Positions 12,348 to 25,575 of a stretch of 64,000 nt of DNA are shown here, piece after piece. Numbering within the stretch: the stretch's first letter is position 1; every line of letters starts with the position of its first letter. The notes under the pieces were generated by a model. That model saw only the letters and a program-made list of their open reading frames with translations. It was not told the DNA's origin and searched no databases. This DNA comes from Octopus sinensis (lineage: Eukaryota): assembly GCF_006345805.1 (NCBI RefSeq), contig NC_043000.1, forward strand, positions 31,682,001 through 31,746,000, given 5' to 3'. A program made the position numbers and the translations under genes.

Positions 12348-12530
12348 GATCGTTAGCCACTACACACATTTTTTTCTCCCCTTGTTTTTTCTGTGTCCCT
12401 TTCTGTAGAAGAGCGTAGGCTCGAAACGTGCGAGACTTTTTCTATTCCCGAGCGTTATACTAATACATCTGTTTGTTTTGTACACCACCTGTCTTCGTCT
12501 TTTGTTTTTTTTTTCGTAACTCTCCCTATA
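12348..12530 (+). mobile_element. Penelope-like element terminal fragment with hammerhead-like motif
   Basis: Near-identical to 51722-51903. Contains CTGTAGAAGAGCGTAGGCTCGAAACGT and ends in (TA)n. Confidence 0.6.
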
Positions 12531-12545
12531 TATATATATATATTA

Positions 12546-12577
<32 letters not shown>

Positions 12578-12961
12578 ATATATGTATATATATATATATA
12601 TATATCACTCAACATTTTCGGTGATATTATTGAATGTATACATCTACACCAACACACACACACAGACATAGAAACATGTGTGTGAGTGCATGTGTATCAG
12701 TGTGTGTGTGGATTGCAATGGCTGCGTTGTTCGTTCCACACGAATGAGGGATCTTGAAGATATCACAACCAAGCGGAACATATATATACATCCGTTGCAG
12801 TCAGCAACTTACTAAAATATATGAATTAATCCACCAAATTGTGTGAAGATCTCGATGGAGTCCGTGATTTGATTTGTTCTCAACCAGCAATATATTGCAA
12901 ATATATACATATTCTTATTTCTTTACACACACATACATGCACACACGCACACACACACACG

Positions 12962-12997
<36 letters not shown>

Positions 12998-13216
12998 CGT
13001 ATGTGTATGTGTGTATTTCAACATATATATGTGTGTGTGTGAGAGAGAAAGAGAGAGAGTTTGTGTTTGTACGTGTCTGTGTATATACATATACATATAT
13101 ACATACATTTACATACGTATACATATATATATATATATATACGTATATATATACATATATATTTAATCTTTATATAATATATATTGTACACACACATCTG
13201 AAAACAATGCATATGC

Positions 13217-13270
<54 letters not shown>

Positions 13271-13718
13271 TATATTCACCACACAGATACACACACGCAC
13301 ATGCACATATACAAGCACATGCATGCATCTGTATCTGTATGTTTGTATGTGTGTTCTGACTTAGCGATTGTCAATCAATTATGGCTTCTTGTTTCCTCCC
13401 ACATCGCCACAACAATCTCTTATCTTTGAAATACACTAAAATAGTAAGAGTTGTCCGATTCTCACTACGAACTCTTTGAAAGCCAACAACGGAACCAGAT
13501 TTCAAACTGCAACTCCTTACGAGTTCATGAAACTCTCCACCTGTTTCATGGGTCGGAAATGGTGACATTTGCTGTGTTGAATTCTTGTTAGAATGTGACA
13601 TTTACTTACATTTGATACTCTGTGTGTGGGTGTATGTGCGTTCGTGTGTGAGTGAGTGTGTGTGCTTGCGTGCATGTGTAGGTAGGGTATGAATACATGC
13701 TATATATATATCTATATA

Positions 13719-13756
<38 letters not shown>

Positions 13757-13781
13757 ATATATTACCGGAGTAAGCCACATA

Positions 13782-13881
13782 NNNNNNNNNNNNNNNNNNN
13801 NNNNNNNNNNNNNNNNNNNNNNNNNNNNNNNNNNNNNNNNNNNNNNNNNNNNNNNNNNNNNNNNNNNNNNNNNNNNNNNNN
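13782..13881. other. Assembly gap (100 N)
   Basis: Exactly 100 N, the usual placeholder for a gap of unknown size. Confidence 0.99.
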
Positions 13882-13990
13882 TAGATATTCCTTTGCCTGC
13901 ATTGTTACTGGTATGATGCTTTCTTTGTTTTCATGTTTTGAGACAAGTTTTAACATCCAGTCCTCAGAGTTTTTCAGGTAGGTATCTAGG
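13882..13990 (-). mobile_element. R4/Dong-like LINE RT-thumb fragment
   Basis: The minus strand reads TIGLDTYLKNSEDWMLKLVSKHENKES, resembling post-RT sequence of R4-clade elements. Confidence 0.5.
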
Positions 13991-14089
13991 CCAATTGTGA
14001 CCTAGACACCTACTACTACTACTACTACTACTACTAATACTAATACTAATACTACTACTACTGCTATTATTATTATTATTATTATTATT

Positions 14090-14564
14090 AATCAAAAATT
14101 ATGCCTCCTCATTGATATGACTGTCCCAATTGACATAAATATATAGGTCAAGACCTACCTAAAACTGAGCAAATATAAATATCTTGAAATAGAAATTAGC
14201 AAAATGTGGAACCTGAAGACTAAAACAATACCTATTGTCATAGGTACCCGAATGATCGCGAAAGGGGCTGATTGCTGCCTAGCTCAGATACCAGGAAACC
14301 CCAAAATGGCAAAAATTCAAAAGATAGCGCTCATGGAAACTGCCCATATCCTACTTAAAATACTTTCTATGTAATCTTAAATTTTAAAACAAACTCATAA
14401 TTGTCTTATGTTTTCTTAAACATTCCCGAGAACAATATTTTGTGCAAAACCAAATATATGGCACCCTACGCTTAACACCAGCATGAACTTCTAACTTTTT
14501 GTCTCTTGAGGTCTCTCGATGTGACCTGGAGCCAACTTGTACAAATACAAAGCAAAAGTCAAAC

Positions 14565-14566
<2 letters not shown>
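14090..14566 (+). mobile_element. R4/Dong-like LINE 3' end (RLE domain + 3' UTR)
   Basis: CLLIDMTVPIDINI*VKTYLKLSKYKYLEIEISKMWNLKTKTIPIVIG...ALMETAHILLKILSM*, followed directly by (TAA)n at 14567-14613. Same family as 63153-64000. Confidence 0.9.
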
Positions 14567-14616
<50 letters not shown>

Positions 14617-14619
14617 GAA

Positions 14620-15372
14620 TGCCACAGAACCGCTATTATTAGAAGTAAGAAGGTCAGGCTTTTGTAGGATGAGAGATTGCAAAGATAAAGCACTATACAA
14701 GAAATTGAAAACGGATGAAACTGAAAATAGGTGGGTAAAGAAAAGAATGCATGGTTAATTCCATAAGGATGTTGAACATAAGTTCCGACAGAGAAAGATG
14801 ATGGCTGTGGATGACTAAAAGTGATTTAAAGCGGAAACGGAGGCTCTAATCTGTGCTGCCCAAGAGCAAGCAACTATGAACAAAACTACTGAAATACAGA
14901 AGAGACCTTCAGAAAATGATGACAGTGGCACATAGGACAGTCTGTGACAAGAGATGAATCACAGTATGACATAACGGTCTGAAACGTTGGTGCACATATG
15001 TACTCAGCAGCCAATACGCGCACTAAACCCCAAGTAATTTGTAATGTAAGAGACGCCACGACAATATAGCCAGCTGTTCAATTGGACCTCTGCAACAAAG
15101 TATGAACTTGGACAGAGCAAACATGGTCCGACCACAAACCTGAAGATATCGTCGACAGAAAACAGATGCAAAGATCCTATGGGATTGATGATCCAGTGTC
15201 GACCATGAGATAGAGAACAGGAAACCGGACATAGTCTTAATTGAGAGAGAAAAACAAAACTATGCTGGATCATAGATATGGCCCATGCTCCAGCTGAACA
15301 AGGTGATGCGATAAGGAAGAAAGAAAAGTCGAGAGATATGAGAGGTTAGCTTAGCTTGGGAGTTAAGCAGTT
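14620..15372 (+). mobile_element. R4/Dong-like LINE fragment (thumb, zinc-knuckle region, RLE), heavily frameshifted
   Basis: KRMHG*FH..., EALICAAQEQA, RRHDNIA, KILW, NRKPDIVLIE and CWIID motifs. Same family as 43690-44330 and 59982-60578. Confidence 0.85.
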
Positions 15373-15757
15373 CTTTGTCGATGATAAATAGCACACTATC
15401 GTGTTGCTCGCGATATGCAGTGTACCTATATAGTGGTAACTACCTCACATTATTCTGTGTTTCTCTAACACCAAAGCCCACTTGTTTGATTAGGAATATA
15501 ATGCATGTATATATGTATATCTATTCTTCTTTATACATATATATCTTATATATATATATATATATATATTATCCCATGCTCCACTGATATATTAGTTATG
15601 TATGTGTGCGTGTGTACGCGCTGTGTGCTTCGTGTGCTTTGGTGATGCGTAGAGAGGGAAATTCAGACATACATATGCACAAAAATAGCAGATACTATAC
15701 ATACATAGACGCATACATACAAACAAACATACATACATACGTATGGATAGATATACA

Positions 15758-15796
<39 letters not shown>

Positions 15797-16205
15797 TATA
15801 TATTTATATATATATATATATACACACACAAACACAAATATATAGATACGGGCGACGCACGCGCACACGCATATATGTATCTTCTATGTGCCTATTATAA
15901 TGTTACAACGACGTACGTGTGGTTGTTAATAGGTAGTTTATTTCTGCTACAACTTTTGAGCGATCGATATGTTATAATAACAGCTAAACTGGGGTAATAT
16001 TAGTTTCAAAATATCAGGTGACACGCACACACCTTACCCCCGCACGCACAGATATTCATGCACACACATTCACACAAACAAATACATACACTTAAGCGGT
16101 AGACACAAACATTTTTCAATACACGGTTATAAATATATATATATATATACATATTTTATATATATCTATATATATATATATATATATAGATATATATACA
16201 CACAT

Positions 16206-16256
<51 letters not shown>

Positions 16257-16494
16257 TTGTGTGCATATATGAACATATAAGCATTTCTATATATTTATAT
16301 ATTTGTGTGAATCCGTGTATATGCCTATGTGCATGAACATATATATAAATACATTTGTTGTATGATGTATATACGTGTATGTGGGTATATATGTGCGTAT
16401 ATATATATACATGTATGAATATATATACATTATAATATAGAAATAAACATATATACATGCACACGTATATTTACATATATCACATACACACATA

Positions 16495-16597
<103 letters not shown>

Positions 16598-16647
16598 CAT
16601 ATATGGAATACTTATATATCAATATACATATATGATGTGCATGTATG

Positions 16648-16723
<76 letters not shown>

Positions 16724-17022
16724 AAGAGAGAGAGAGATGGAGCGAGTAAAGAAAGAGATGAGAGAGAAGAGCTACAAGTATACAAACATACAAATATGTT
16801 GATTCTTATCCAACCGTTATGTATTCGATATATATATATATAATTATTTGGCTATATTTCGGCGAATACATCTGTGTATTTATTCGGTCGGGTTAGTTGT
16901 CGGTGTCGGTGACGGTTTGTGGCTGTGGCGGTGATGATGTTTGGTAAGTAAATATCGATGTAGGAACAGAGATGTGATACGTGTAAGCTAATATACAGAA
17001 TAATCGCCAACTGCTGCGATGT

Positions 17023-17062
<40 letters not shown>

Positions 17063-17381
17063 TCATGCGCATGTATGTGTTTGTATGTGTTTATTAGGAT
17101 TCTGTCATCTCTAAATGAATGTCAAAGCAGTTGTTGAGATAAGATTGTTGGCGAACAGCATGATGCGACTAAAACTAAACCATGCTATGGTGCAGTAGCA
17201 TGCATTTACTACGCACTGCAGCATCACTGGAACGTTGCATTTCCAATTCGAATTCACTCACAAATGCAATCAGTAATACAAGATATTTAAAAAAGTATTA
17301 TCTCTCCAATGCCACACCTTTCAGTTTGAAGTGGTATGGCTTAATGACTCCAAAACCACACCATTAAGTCGAGTAGGAGAC

Positions 17382-17479
17382 CTTTTGGTGCGACCGTTTT
17401 GGCGCGGCCGTTTTGGCGCGGCCGTTTTGGCGCGGCAGTTTTGGCGCGGCAGTTTTGGAGCCGACTGTTTGGCGCCGCT
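17382..17479. repeat. GC-rich 14-bp tandem repeat (GTTTTGGCGCGGCC) x7, probable DNA-transposon subterminal array
   Basis: Seven units counted directly, with degenerate outer units. Confidence 0.85.
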
Positions 17480-18565
17480 GAATCGACGCTGACTTATTCG
17501 ACACCAAACGTTTTAATATTCCCTCTCTCTCCCTCTCGTCTTTCGTTCTTGCTCTTTCTATCTTTATGTATGTACACGCGAGTGAATGTGTGTGTGTCGT
17601 ATGTTAGTGTGAGTTAGTTCCGAACAAAGAAATTGCTATTTTAATTAAATCTATAAAATATTGTTTCAGCGATCCTGGGGACATATCAAACCTTGCCATA
17701 ACTTGCACAAAAAACATGCGGATGTAAAATGTACCCCTAAGCCTTACTCTCCCTTAACTAAATACCCCGAATATAGCTTAGACAAGAAAATAAATGAGAT
17801 AATTGGAAAAATAGTATGGATATGATAGAAATATTGACTTGTAGATTTATTCTCAATGCCTTCCGCCAGATTCCAAAGTAGACTGTGTTCGTCATATGAA
17901 AATAGCTCCTCTTTACCTCGACTTTGTGTTCAGTCAGAAGTATTCGGGTGCTTTTTGTTAATAAGTCACATTACGAAACACCAGTTTCCTAGAATCTCCT
18001 GCACTAATGAATCGAGTGCGTGACGGAGACACATAATCGTTGTAGAACAAAAAGCTGACGATCACAGCAGTGATATGCATCTGTAAAACTAAAATGGCTC
18101 GGAGAGTTATAGGTTCATAAATCATCTTCTTCTATACAATCTTGGTGATGTATCGCTGTTAATATGGCACTAAAGTTGACCATTTATCATCCTCAGCAAA
18201 CGAGGTGTTTGCTTCTGTCAAATATATATTTTGCAAGCAAGCACAACCATAAAACTAGAAACAGCAACAACATGTACACCAAATTACACAATACACTGTT
18301 AAACATAGACGGATACTTTAGACGGTATAATGCCTCGTATAGAAAATTTTAATAATCAGAGCTGTAATACCCTTCGGTATGAGCTGACGGATCTTTGCTG
18401 ACCTGACGTCAAATAAATATCAATAATAATATGTTGTATATACAAGAGGGGCTTGTCAACGGAAAGTCTAGTCCTCACACTATCAAGATATGAGACTTTA
18501 TAAATCTAAAATATAATATGGAAAACATATGTGTGTGTGTGTGTGTGTGTGTGTGTTGTGTGTGT

Positions 18566-18597
<32 letters not shown>

Positions 18598-18599
18598 TA

Positions 18600-19390
18600 A
18601 ATAAGATGAGACATCAAAACCAAGGCTGTGTGGAATTTATAGGACATTTATAAAGAGAAAGTAGTTTCTGGGATATTAGGAATATTCCTTCATCAGAGAC
18701 GGTATGAGAGAGTTAACTAGAGGGAATAGTAGAGTTCAATATGAAGAGTTATTTTGGAAAGACTCCTATGAATGAACAGCCCATGGAATTTATTTAGTCT
18801 CAGGTCAATCTTTGACCTATCAAACCTATTATCAGAAGAATCCAACCCAATGACATTCTCACTATTCAGGAAGACTTATTTTGGAACTACATTAGCCAGT
18901 GTATTTTTTTCTTTAAATTAGTAATGTGGGGTTAAAAGAAAGGCGGCTGCTCTCTCTAGTAATTCCGGTGACCACGTAGACCTCACTCTTATTATGCTGT
19001 GTAAATCAAGTGATTCTGAATATGCTACCAGCTCGGTTTTAAAATTGCGATATTGAGATTTGATAATTAGTCGGTATATCCTCCGAGATTAACGAGACCG
19101 ATAATGCTGGTGTTCGTTTTGTACAGTTAAAAGTTAATACTTGCAGGAAAGATATGGTCAGATACAAATTCCAGAGGGACGAAGTTATAGCAGGAAGATT
19201 TTGACTCAGTCGTTGTATAGTTTGGTTAGCAAGAGAAGAGATGGGTGTGGTGTAATATAGAGGGCTGTCACTGGTGAACGAGTACGGCTTAGTGACGTGT
19301 ACCATATTTTTATGCTCTTGTTGGTTATGTGGTCGTGCTGCGCATAGACAACCACTCAGTCTCATCCTAATTGACCCAGCTAGCATATCA
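18600..19390 (-). mobile_element. Probable Penelope-like relic with hammerhead-like motif at its end
   Basis: The minus strand carries CTGATGA-A-GGAATATT-CCT-AATATCCC-A-GAAAC (18696 to 18664). No convincing protein motif was recovered, so the extent is approximate. Confidence 0.35.
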
Positions 19391-19869
19391 AGGATATAAG
19401 AGGGAGGAGAAGGAGGAGAAAGCTACACCAGTAGTCAGCTGGTACTTATTTATGGCTGTCGAAAGTGAAACAACATGAAACGTAGTGTCTTGCACAAGAA
19501 CGCAACACGTCCTCCGAGGCAGGATTTGGTCCCACAACATTGTGATTGCGAGACGGACACCTTAAGCACAAGGTAACTTGGCAAAGTGACATTATGCTGA
19601 GAGAACTGGATGTGGAATGAAGGGACAGAGACCACAATAGAAGCGGTACGAAGGGCAGAGAGGGGAAATAGCACGTATAGTTTGGGTGTATTGGTGGGGA
19701 ACTTCGTTCCAGTCTGTTAAAAAGTATATTTCATGGAATCCAGAATTTTTTCGGAAATTATAGAGTGGTTTACAATGCGTTGCTTACTCATGCTTTTTAA
19801 TTGCTTATCGGGAAATCTGTAGGTTCAACTATTTATTGATTTTTTAAATTTATTTATTTATTTTGTTTT

Positions 19870-20200
19870 AAGCACCAACATTATAGGTATTTATGCTCCG
19901 GTGAAATTTAAAAACTAACTCGTAAATAAACGAAACCCTCGAATCCATCACTGCACACACACACGCATGCGGAGGCACACACATATGCACACACACACAC
20001 GCATGCGCAGCAACACACACACACACACACACACTCATATACACACATACACACAGTTGCATATCTATGTATGTATTTATGTATGTTTGAAGATAATCAA
20101 ACCAAATTGCTATCATTTCCAGCCACTCACCCATTGATGTATTTCTGCCAAATTTGGTGAAAATCCGTTCAGCCGTTTTCCAATAATTTTGCAAAGACAC
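19870..20200. mobile_element. Helentron/HINE-like non-autonomous element (tentative)
   Basis: GCCAAATTTGGTGAAAATCCGTTCAGCCGTTTT motif plus an internal (CA)n microsatellite, an organisation I recall from DINE-1/HINE-type elements. Confidence 0.4.
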
Positions 20201-20239
20201 AAAGATGAGCGATTACAATACCATGCGCGCGTAAGAGAA

Positions 20240-20668
20240 AGCAGAGTAATTATGGGAAGAAGGCTCAATATAAAAACAAACCAAATTAATTATGGGAAGT
20301 AGGCTCAATGGGAAAAACAAAATCAGGGCAATGAACAGATAGGCTGGTTCCTTAATGCGATATGGCGCAGGTGTTCTTAGGTGAACAAAGAATGAGCTAG
20401 AGGAAATGGACAGAAAAACTAGAAAAGTGATGACAATTAACAAGGAACTACACCCCAAAAGCGATACTGACAAACTGTATGTGCCAAGGAACAGCAGAGG
20501 AAGAAGCCTCATAGGATGCAAGATCTGTGTTGCCAACGAAAAGAAGAGTCTGGGCTGGTACATCAAACAGCAGAGTGAATCCTTTCTTGCCGATGTTAGA
20601 ATTAACAATACAATACCTACCGAAAATGCGATGCACCCACAAACAGCTTACAAACAAGATGAAGAAGG
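20240..20668 (+). mobile_element. R4/Dong-like LINE RT-thumb fragment
   Basis: MRYGAG...ELEEMDRKTRKVMTINKELHPKSDTDKLYVPRNSRGRSLIG. Same family as 47110-47671. Confidence 0.9.
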
Positions 20669-20674
20669 CTTTCA

Positions 20675-20776
20675 TCGACCCGGGGCTATAGTAAAAGACA
20701 CTTGCTCAGGGTATCACATAGTGGGACTGAACCCGGAACCTTGTTGTTGTGAAGCAAACTTCTTACCACACAGCCA
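20675..20776 (-). mobile_element. Family D SINE head fragment
   Basis: Reverse complement of GGCTGTGTGGTAAG...GGTTCAGTCCCAC...AAGTGTCTT, as in 22537-22640. Confidence 0.75.
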
Positions 20777-20784
20777 AGCCGGGA

Positions 20785-21106
20785 ACTCCGTCGGTTACGT
20801 TGACGAGTGTTCCAGTTGATCCGATCCAAGGAACAGACTGTTCATGAAATGAACGTGCAAGTGGCTGAGTACTCCACAGACACGTGTACATTTAGCGTAA
20901 TTCTCTTGGAGATTCAGCGTCATACAGTATGTGACAAAGCTGGCCCCTCGTAAATTACAGGTACAATTCATCTTTATCAGCTGAATGGACTGGAGTATTG
21001 CAAAGTAAAATATCTTGCTCAAGGACTTAACCAGCAGCCGGTAATCGAACTCCTGGCCTTACAATCGTGAGCTGAATACTGTAACCACTAAGCCACGCAT
21101 CTCCAC
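20785..21106 (-). mobile_element. Family C CORE-type SINE
   Basis: Homologous to 3994-4253 and 53823-54092. Confidence 0.88.
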
Positions 21107-21157
21107 ACACATACATATACAGACATACACACACACATACACATACATACAAACATG

Positions 21158-21385
21158 TATTTCTTTACTACCCACAAGGGGCTAAACACAGAGGGGACAA
21201 ACAAGGACAGACAAACGGATAAAGTCGATCACATCGACCCCAGTGCTTAACTGGTACTTAATTTATCGACCCCGAAAGGATGAAAGGTAAAGTCGACCTC
21301 GGCGGAATTTGAACTCAGAACGTAACGGCAGACGAAATACGGCTACGCATTTCCCCCGGCGTGCTAACGTTTCTGCCAGCTCGCC
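21158..21385 (-). mobile_element. Family A SINE
   Basis: Full-length reverse-complement copy. Confidence 0.92.
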
Positions 21386-21721
21386 GCCATATACACATAC
21401 ATACAAATATGTATGTATGTGTATAGTCAGTATGAGAAGTACACGTAAGCTTATGCTATCGTAATACACAGTTTTACATAAAACCCTTAGAGTGACTCTT
21501 AGCAGAAGAGGCAGGAACGAAGAGGTCGAATCGGCTTCGCAGGAATGAGGATAGAGGCACTACTCGCATTTTTCAATAACAGTTTAAATCAATTCCACAT
21601 CAATTAAAGTTTAGTGGGCGTAGGATACGTCCCCCTCCTTCAGATATCTAAACATTTTCTATACCCAAGAAAGTTCGATATGGAGATGAGTCAAACTGTT
21701 TTGTGTGTGTATATGTGTGAG

Positions 21722-21798
<77 letters not shown>

Positions 21799-22536
21799 GT
21801 GCGTGCTTACGATGGACTTTTACAGAGTCAACTCGAAGCTATATTAGAAGCTTCTTGGTCACGGTTCCACGCAGCGGATCCAACGCCGAACCACATGTTT
21901 GACAAGCAAACTTCTTGCCACACAGCCATCTCTTTGCTTAGTCAAGAATTGTGTTGAGACATTTTGAAATGAAACCAAATACAAAAGCTTATTGATACGT
22001 TTCGCTTTCCCCTGAATTGAATCGTTTGTTTTTTTTTAATTTCAAAGCTGCATTTTAAAATGTTACTGCTATTCTTTTTTTATATAACTTTTCATTGCTT
22101 TTTAATTGCTTTTTGTTAATCAACTTTCTCTCTCACCTCTTCGTCTTAATATTTCTTTATGCCTCTATTGCAAGCAGTATCCAATTCCTATTCCTCCCCT
22201 CTCTCCTCTTTCACTCCCACTCTTTCTTTACCAGCATCAACAACAGCAACAACAATGGCAGCAATACCCTCGATCGAGAAACGTACTCTGAGTTGTCTTG
22301 ACTTTAAAGCGATACTTAGTATATTTATCAATAAGTTTGGATAGTCGCGGCTGGACCATCATTAAATCATAGGTTGATTCAATTAGGATTAAGCTAGTAC
22401 TAAACGACAACGACAACCAACCTTAAACAATAATCTCTCTCTCTCTCTCTGCAGAGCCCGAAACCCTTACCAACACCTCCATTCAGGTTTGATCCTTACA
22501 AACCAAGCAACTTATCTCTTCTTGTCTTACACAGTT

Positions 22537-22692
22537 GTGGCTGTGTGGTAAGTAGCTTGCTAACCAACCACATGGTTCCGGGTTCAATCCCACTGCGTGG
22601 CATCTTGGGCAAATGTCTTCTGCTATAGCCCCGGGCCGACCAATGCCTTGTGAGTGGATTTGGTAGACGGAAACTGAAAGAAGCCTGTCGTA

Positions 22693-22739
<47 letters not shown>

Positions 22740-22960
22740 TTGTGTGTCTGTGTTTGTTCCCCTAGCATTGCTTGACAACCGATGCTGGTGTGTTTACGTC
22801 CCCGTCACTTAGCGGTTCGGCAAAAAGAGACCGATAGAATAAGTACTGGGCTTACAAAAAGAATAAGTCCCGGGGTCGTGTTGCTCGACTAAAGGCGGTG
22901 CTCCAGCATGGCCGCAGTCAAATGACGGAAACAAGTAAAAGAGTAAAAGAGTAAAAGAGA
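22537..22960 (+). mobile_element. Family D tRNA-headed CORE-type SINE with internal (TA)/(TG) microsatellite and GTAAAAGA tail
   Basis: GTGGCTGTGTGGTAAGTAGC...GGTTCAATCCC...CATCTTGGGCAAATGTCTT and a (GAGTAAAA)n tail. Homologous to 61171-61575. Confidence 0.92.
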
Positions 22961-23949
22961 GAGTTGTGTTCCTATCTAAAAATGTTTACGGCCACTTATT
23001 GCAAGGGAAATAATCACTTCTAGATAAATCTTAGCACGATTAGAAGTTGGAATTTGAAATCAAAGACCAAGGAAGAAGAGGCGTAGTATACGCTTGAGGT
23101 ATATTCGAGCCCGTAAGTAATCCAATCAGTGGATTTTGTCATGCAGAATATTTCTCACTGGAGAGAAAATGGCTGTAAGTACACCGAGTCAGCTCACACC
23201 GTTTCCTAGGCAGACTGTTGCTTTCTAATCACAGGTTATCATGTAAATATCGTGGATATGGAAGTGCTTAGAGTGTTGAGCTCATGATCGAAAGGTTGTC
23301 GGTTCGATTCCTGGACCGAGTGGCACATTGAATCTTTCAACGGGGCACTTCATTCCACATTACTGCTGCTGCTGCTGCTGTTCATCTGTAAAGGAGTACC
23401 ATTTTGGTGGGTCAAAGGTAGGGGAACCCAGGGAGTATTTATGCATGCACAATAAGGGCAATTGTGTTCAGGTCATACTTCCGAGTGACGGATACACTGT
23501 GTCCGCTGGGGCTGCCAACGCTCAGCTTGCATATGTGTGTGTTGCAGCATCAAGGATTTGTATGTGTGTATGTGTATGTATGAGTGTGCTTGTATGAATG
23601 TGTCTTTGTTTTTGTATCTATGTATGTTTATACGTTGTTGTTTTTTATTAATGTTAACTGTTCACTTTTGCTTCTATTTAACTGTTATTTGAATCGTAAT
23701 TCTTTAATCCTATTTTATGTTTGATCACGATTATGAACCACATAATGTGTGTGTGTGTTTGATCGACATCCCTTGTGATAGGGTTTGTTACCTTAAAAGC
23801 ACGTTTCCATGACATGAATTCTTGCAGTAGATTCTACACATCACGTCAATAAAACCCACATTTCAGCACCAAGTCTCTCTCACTGAACGAGTTTATGTAA
23901 ATCATTGGAACTTGTCATATGCTTATTTACTTTGTATCTATAAACATTT

Positions 23950-24430
<481 letters not shown>

Positions 24431-24478
24431 CACGATTTTCATCCTTTATATGTCTAAATTATCTTTTCTCTTTTTCAG

Positions 24479-25575
24479 CTGCATTGGCTAGAAGCAAAAG
24501 CACGCCGGGACTGGTGGAGTCCCTGGGGCAAGTACCCGTCGATGTGATGACAATGCATCGGCACCATACACTTCCAGCCGGGTTGCCAAAAACCCAGAAT
24601 TCATCTGCACCCAGCCGTGTTGGTAGTATCCATTCTAACTCTGGTAGGAGTGATAATGGCGATGAGACCCGAAAATGTGACATGGCTGCTGGCCCTGAAA
24701 CCAGCAATGGTCATGTTAATGAAGTTGTCAGAATACAGGAAGAGACCTTGTCGAAAGAGTTTCACGAGGACACCAGCAGTATATGTACTCTGGCTACATC
24801 GTTAACAATATCAAGTATAAGTTCTATGATAGCAGTGAACTCATCACCATTGAAGTCGCCTCTCTGTACTGATAACTCACGGTCAGTATTTTCACCGCCA
24901 ACATCACCCCACTTACTTTACGGAAGTCACACAGAACAGTCACAAACACAGACCATGCAAACTTTGCTTCCTGAAATGTCGATTGGTACCCCTCCGCGTG
25001 TGGTACCCTCACCTGTTTCAACTCATCCTTACCATCAGCAAATTACTCCTTTCTGTCTACAACCCACTTCTTTCACCGTGAACACCACCCCCCAGGTATC
25101 GACGTATTTCACGCCGTTTTGTGCCTCAAACTATTCTCCCTCCACGCCAACATTTTCTCGGTCTGTTGCTGGAAGCATTCCTTCTTCGCAGACCAATCTT
25201 TGTCCACCGTTGTCACCATTCCCTCCACCACTTTCGGTCAGCCCGTATCCGGGACAAGCACCGAGCATTCAATTAAGTCCACTGCCTGGCAGCAGTGTTA
25301 CTGGCAGTTTTACCGGAAGCCTCACGTCACCACGAGATATGTCTCATGATCTTCTTCTGCAAGAAATTTCTAGTCTTCGAGAACGACTCAATTGTTTGGA
25401 AAGTGAAAATGCCGCCATGACGGTAAAACTGAATCAACAACAGTGGGATGTAGAACATCGACTTGCAGAAATTGAGATGCACATGTGTGGTGGCGATAGT
25501 GTGGCTAGTATCGACGAAAGTCTTGAAGAAAAATCGGGGCTTTTGGAACCGGTAAACCGTGAATCTATTATATGA
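24479..25575 (+). CDS. 3'-terminal coding exon (~365 codons) of an unidentified host gene: S/T/P-rich disordered region, C-terminal coiled coil, PDZ-type end
   Basis: Polypyrimidine acceptor TCTTTTCTCTTTTTCAG ending at 24478, phase-1 entry, and a 1097-nt open non-repetitive frame to TGA. Motifs: RSKSTP, heptads [41 protein letters not shown], and C-terminus NRESII*. Confidence 0.9.
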
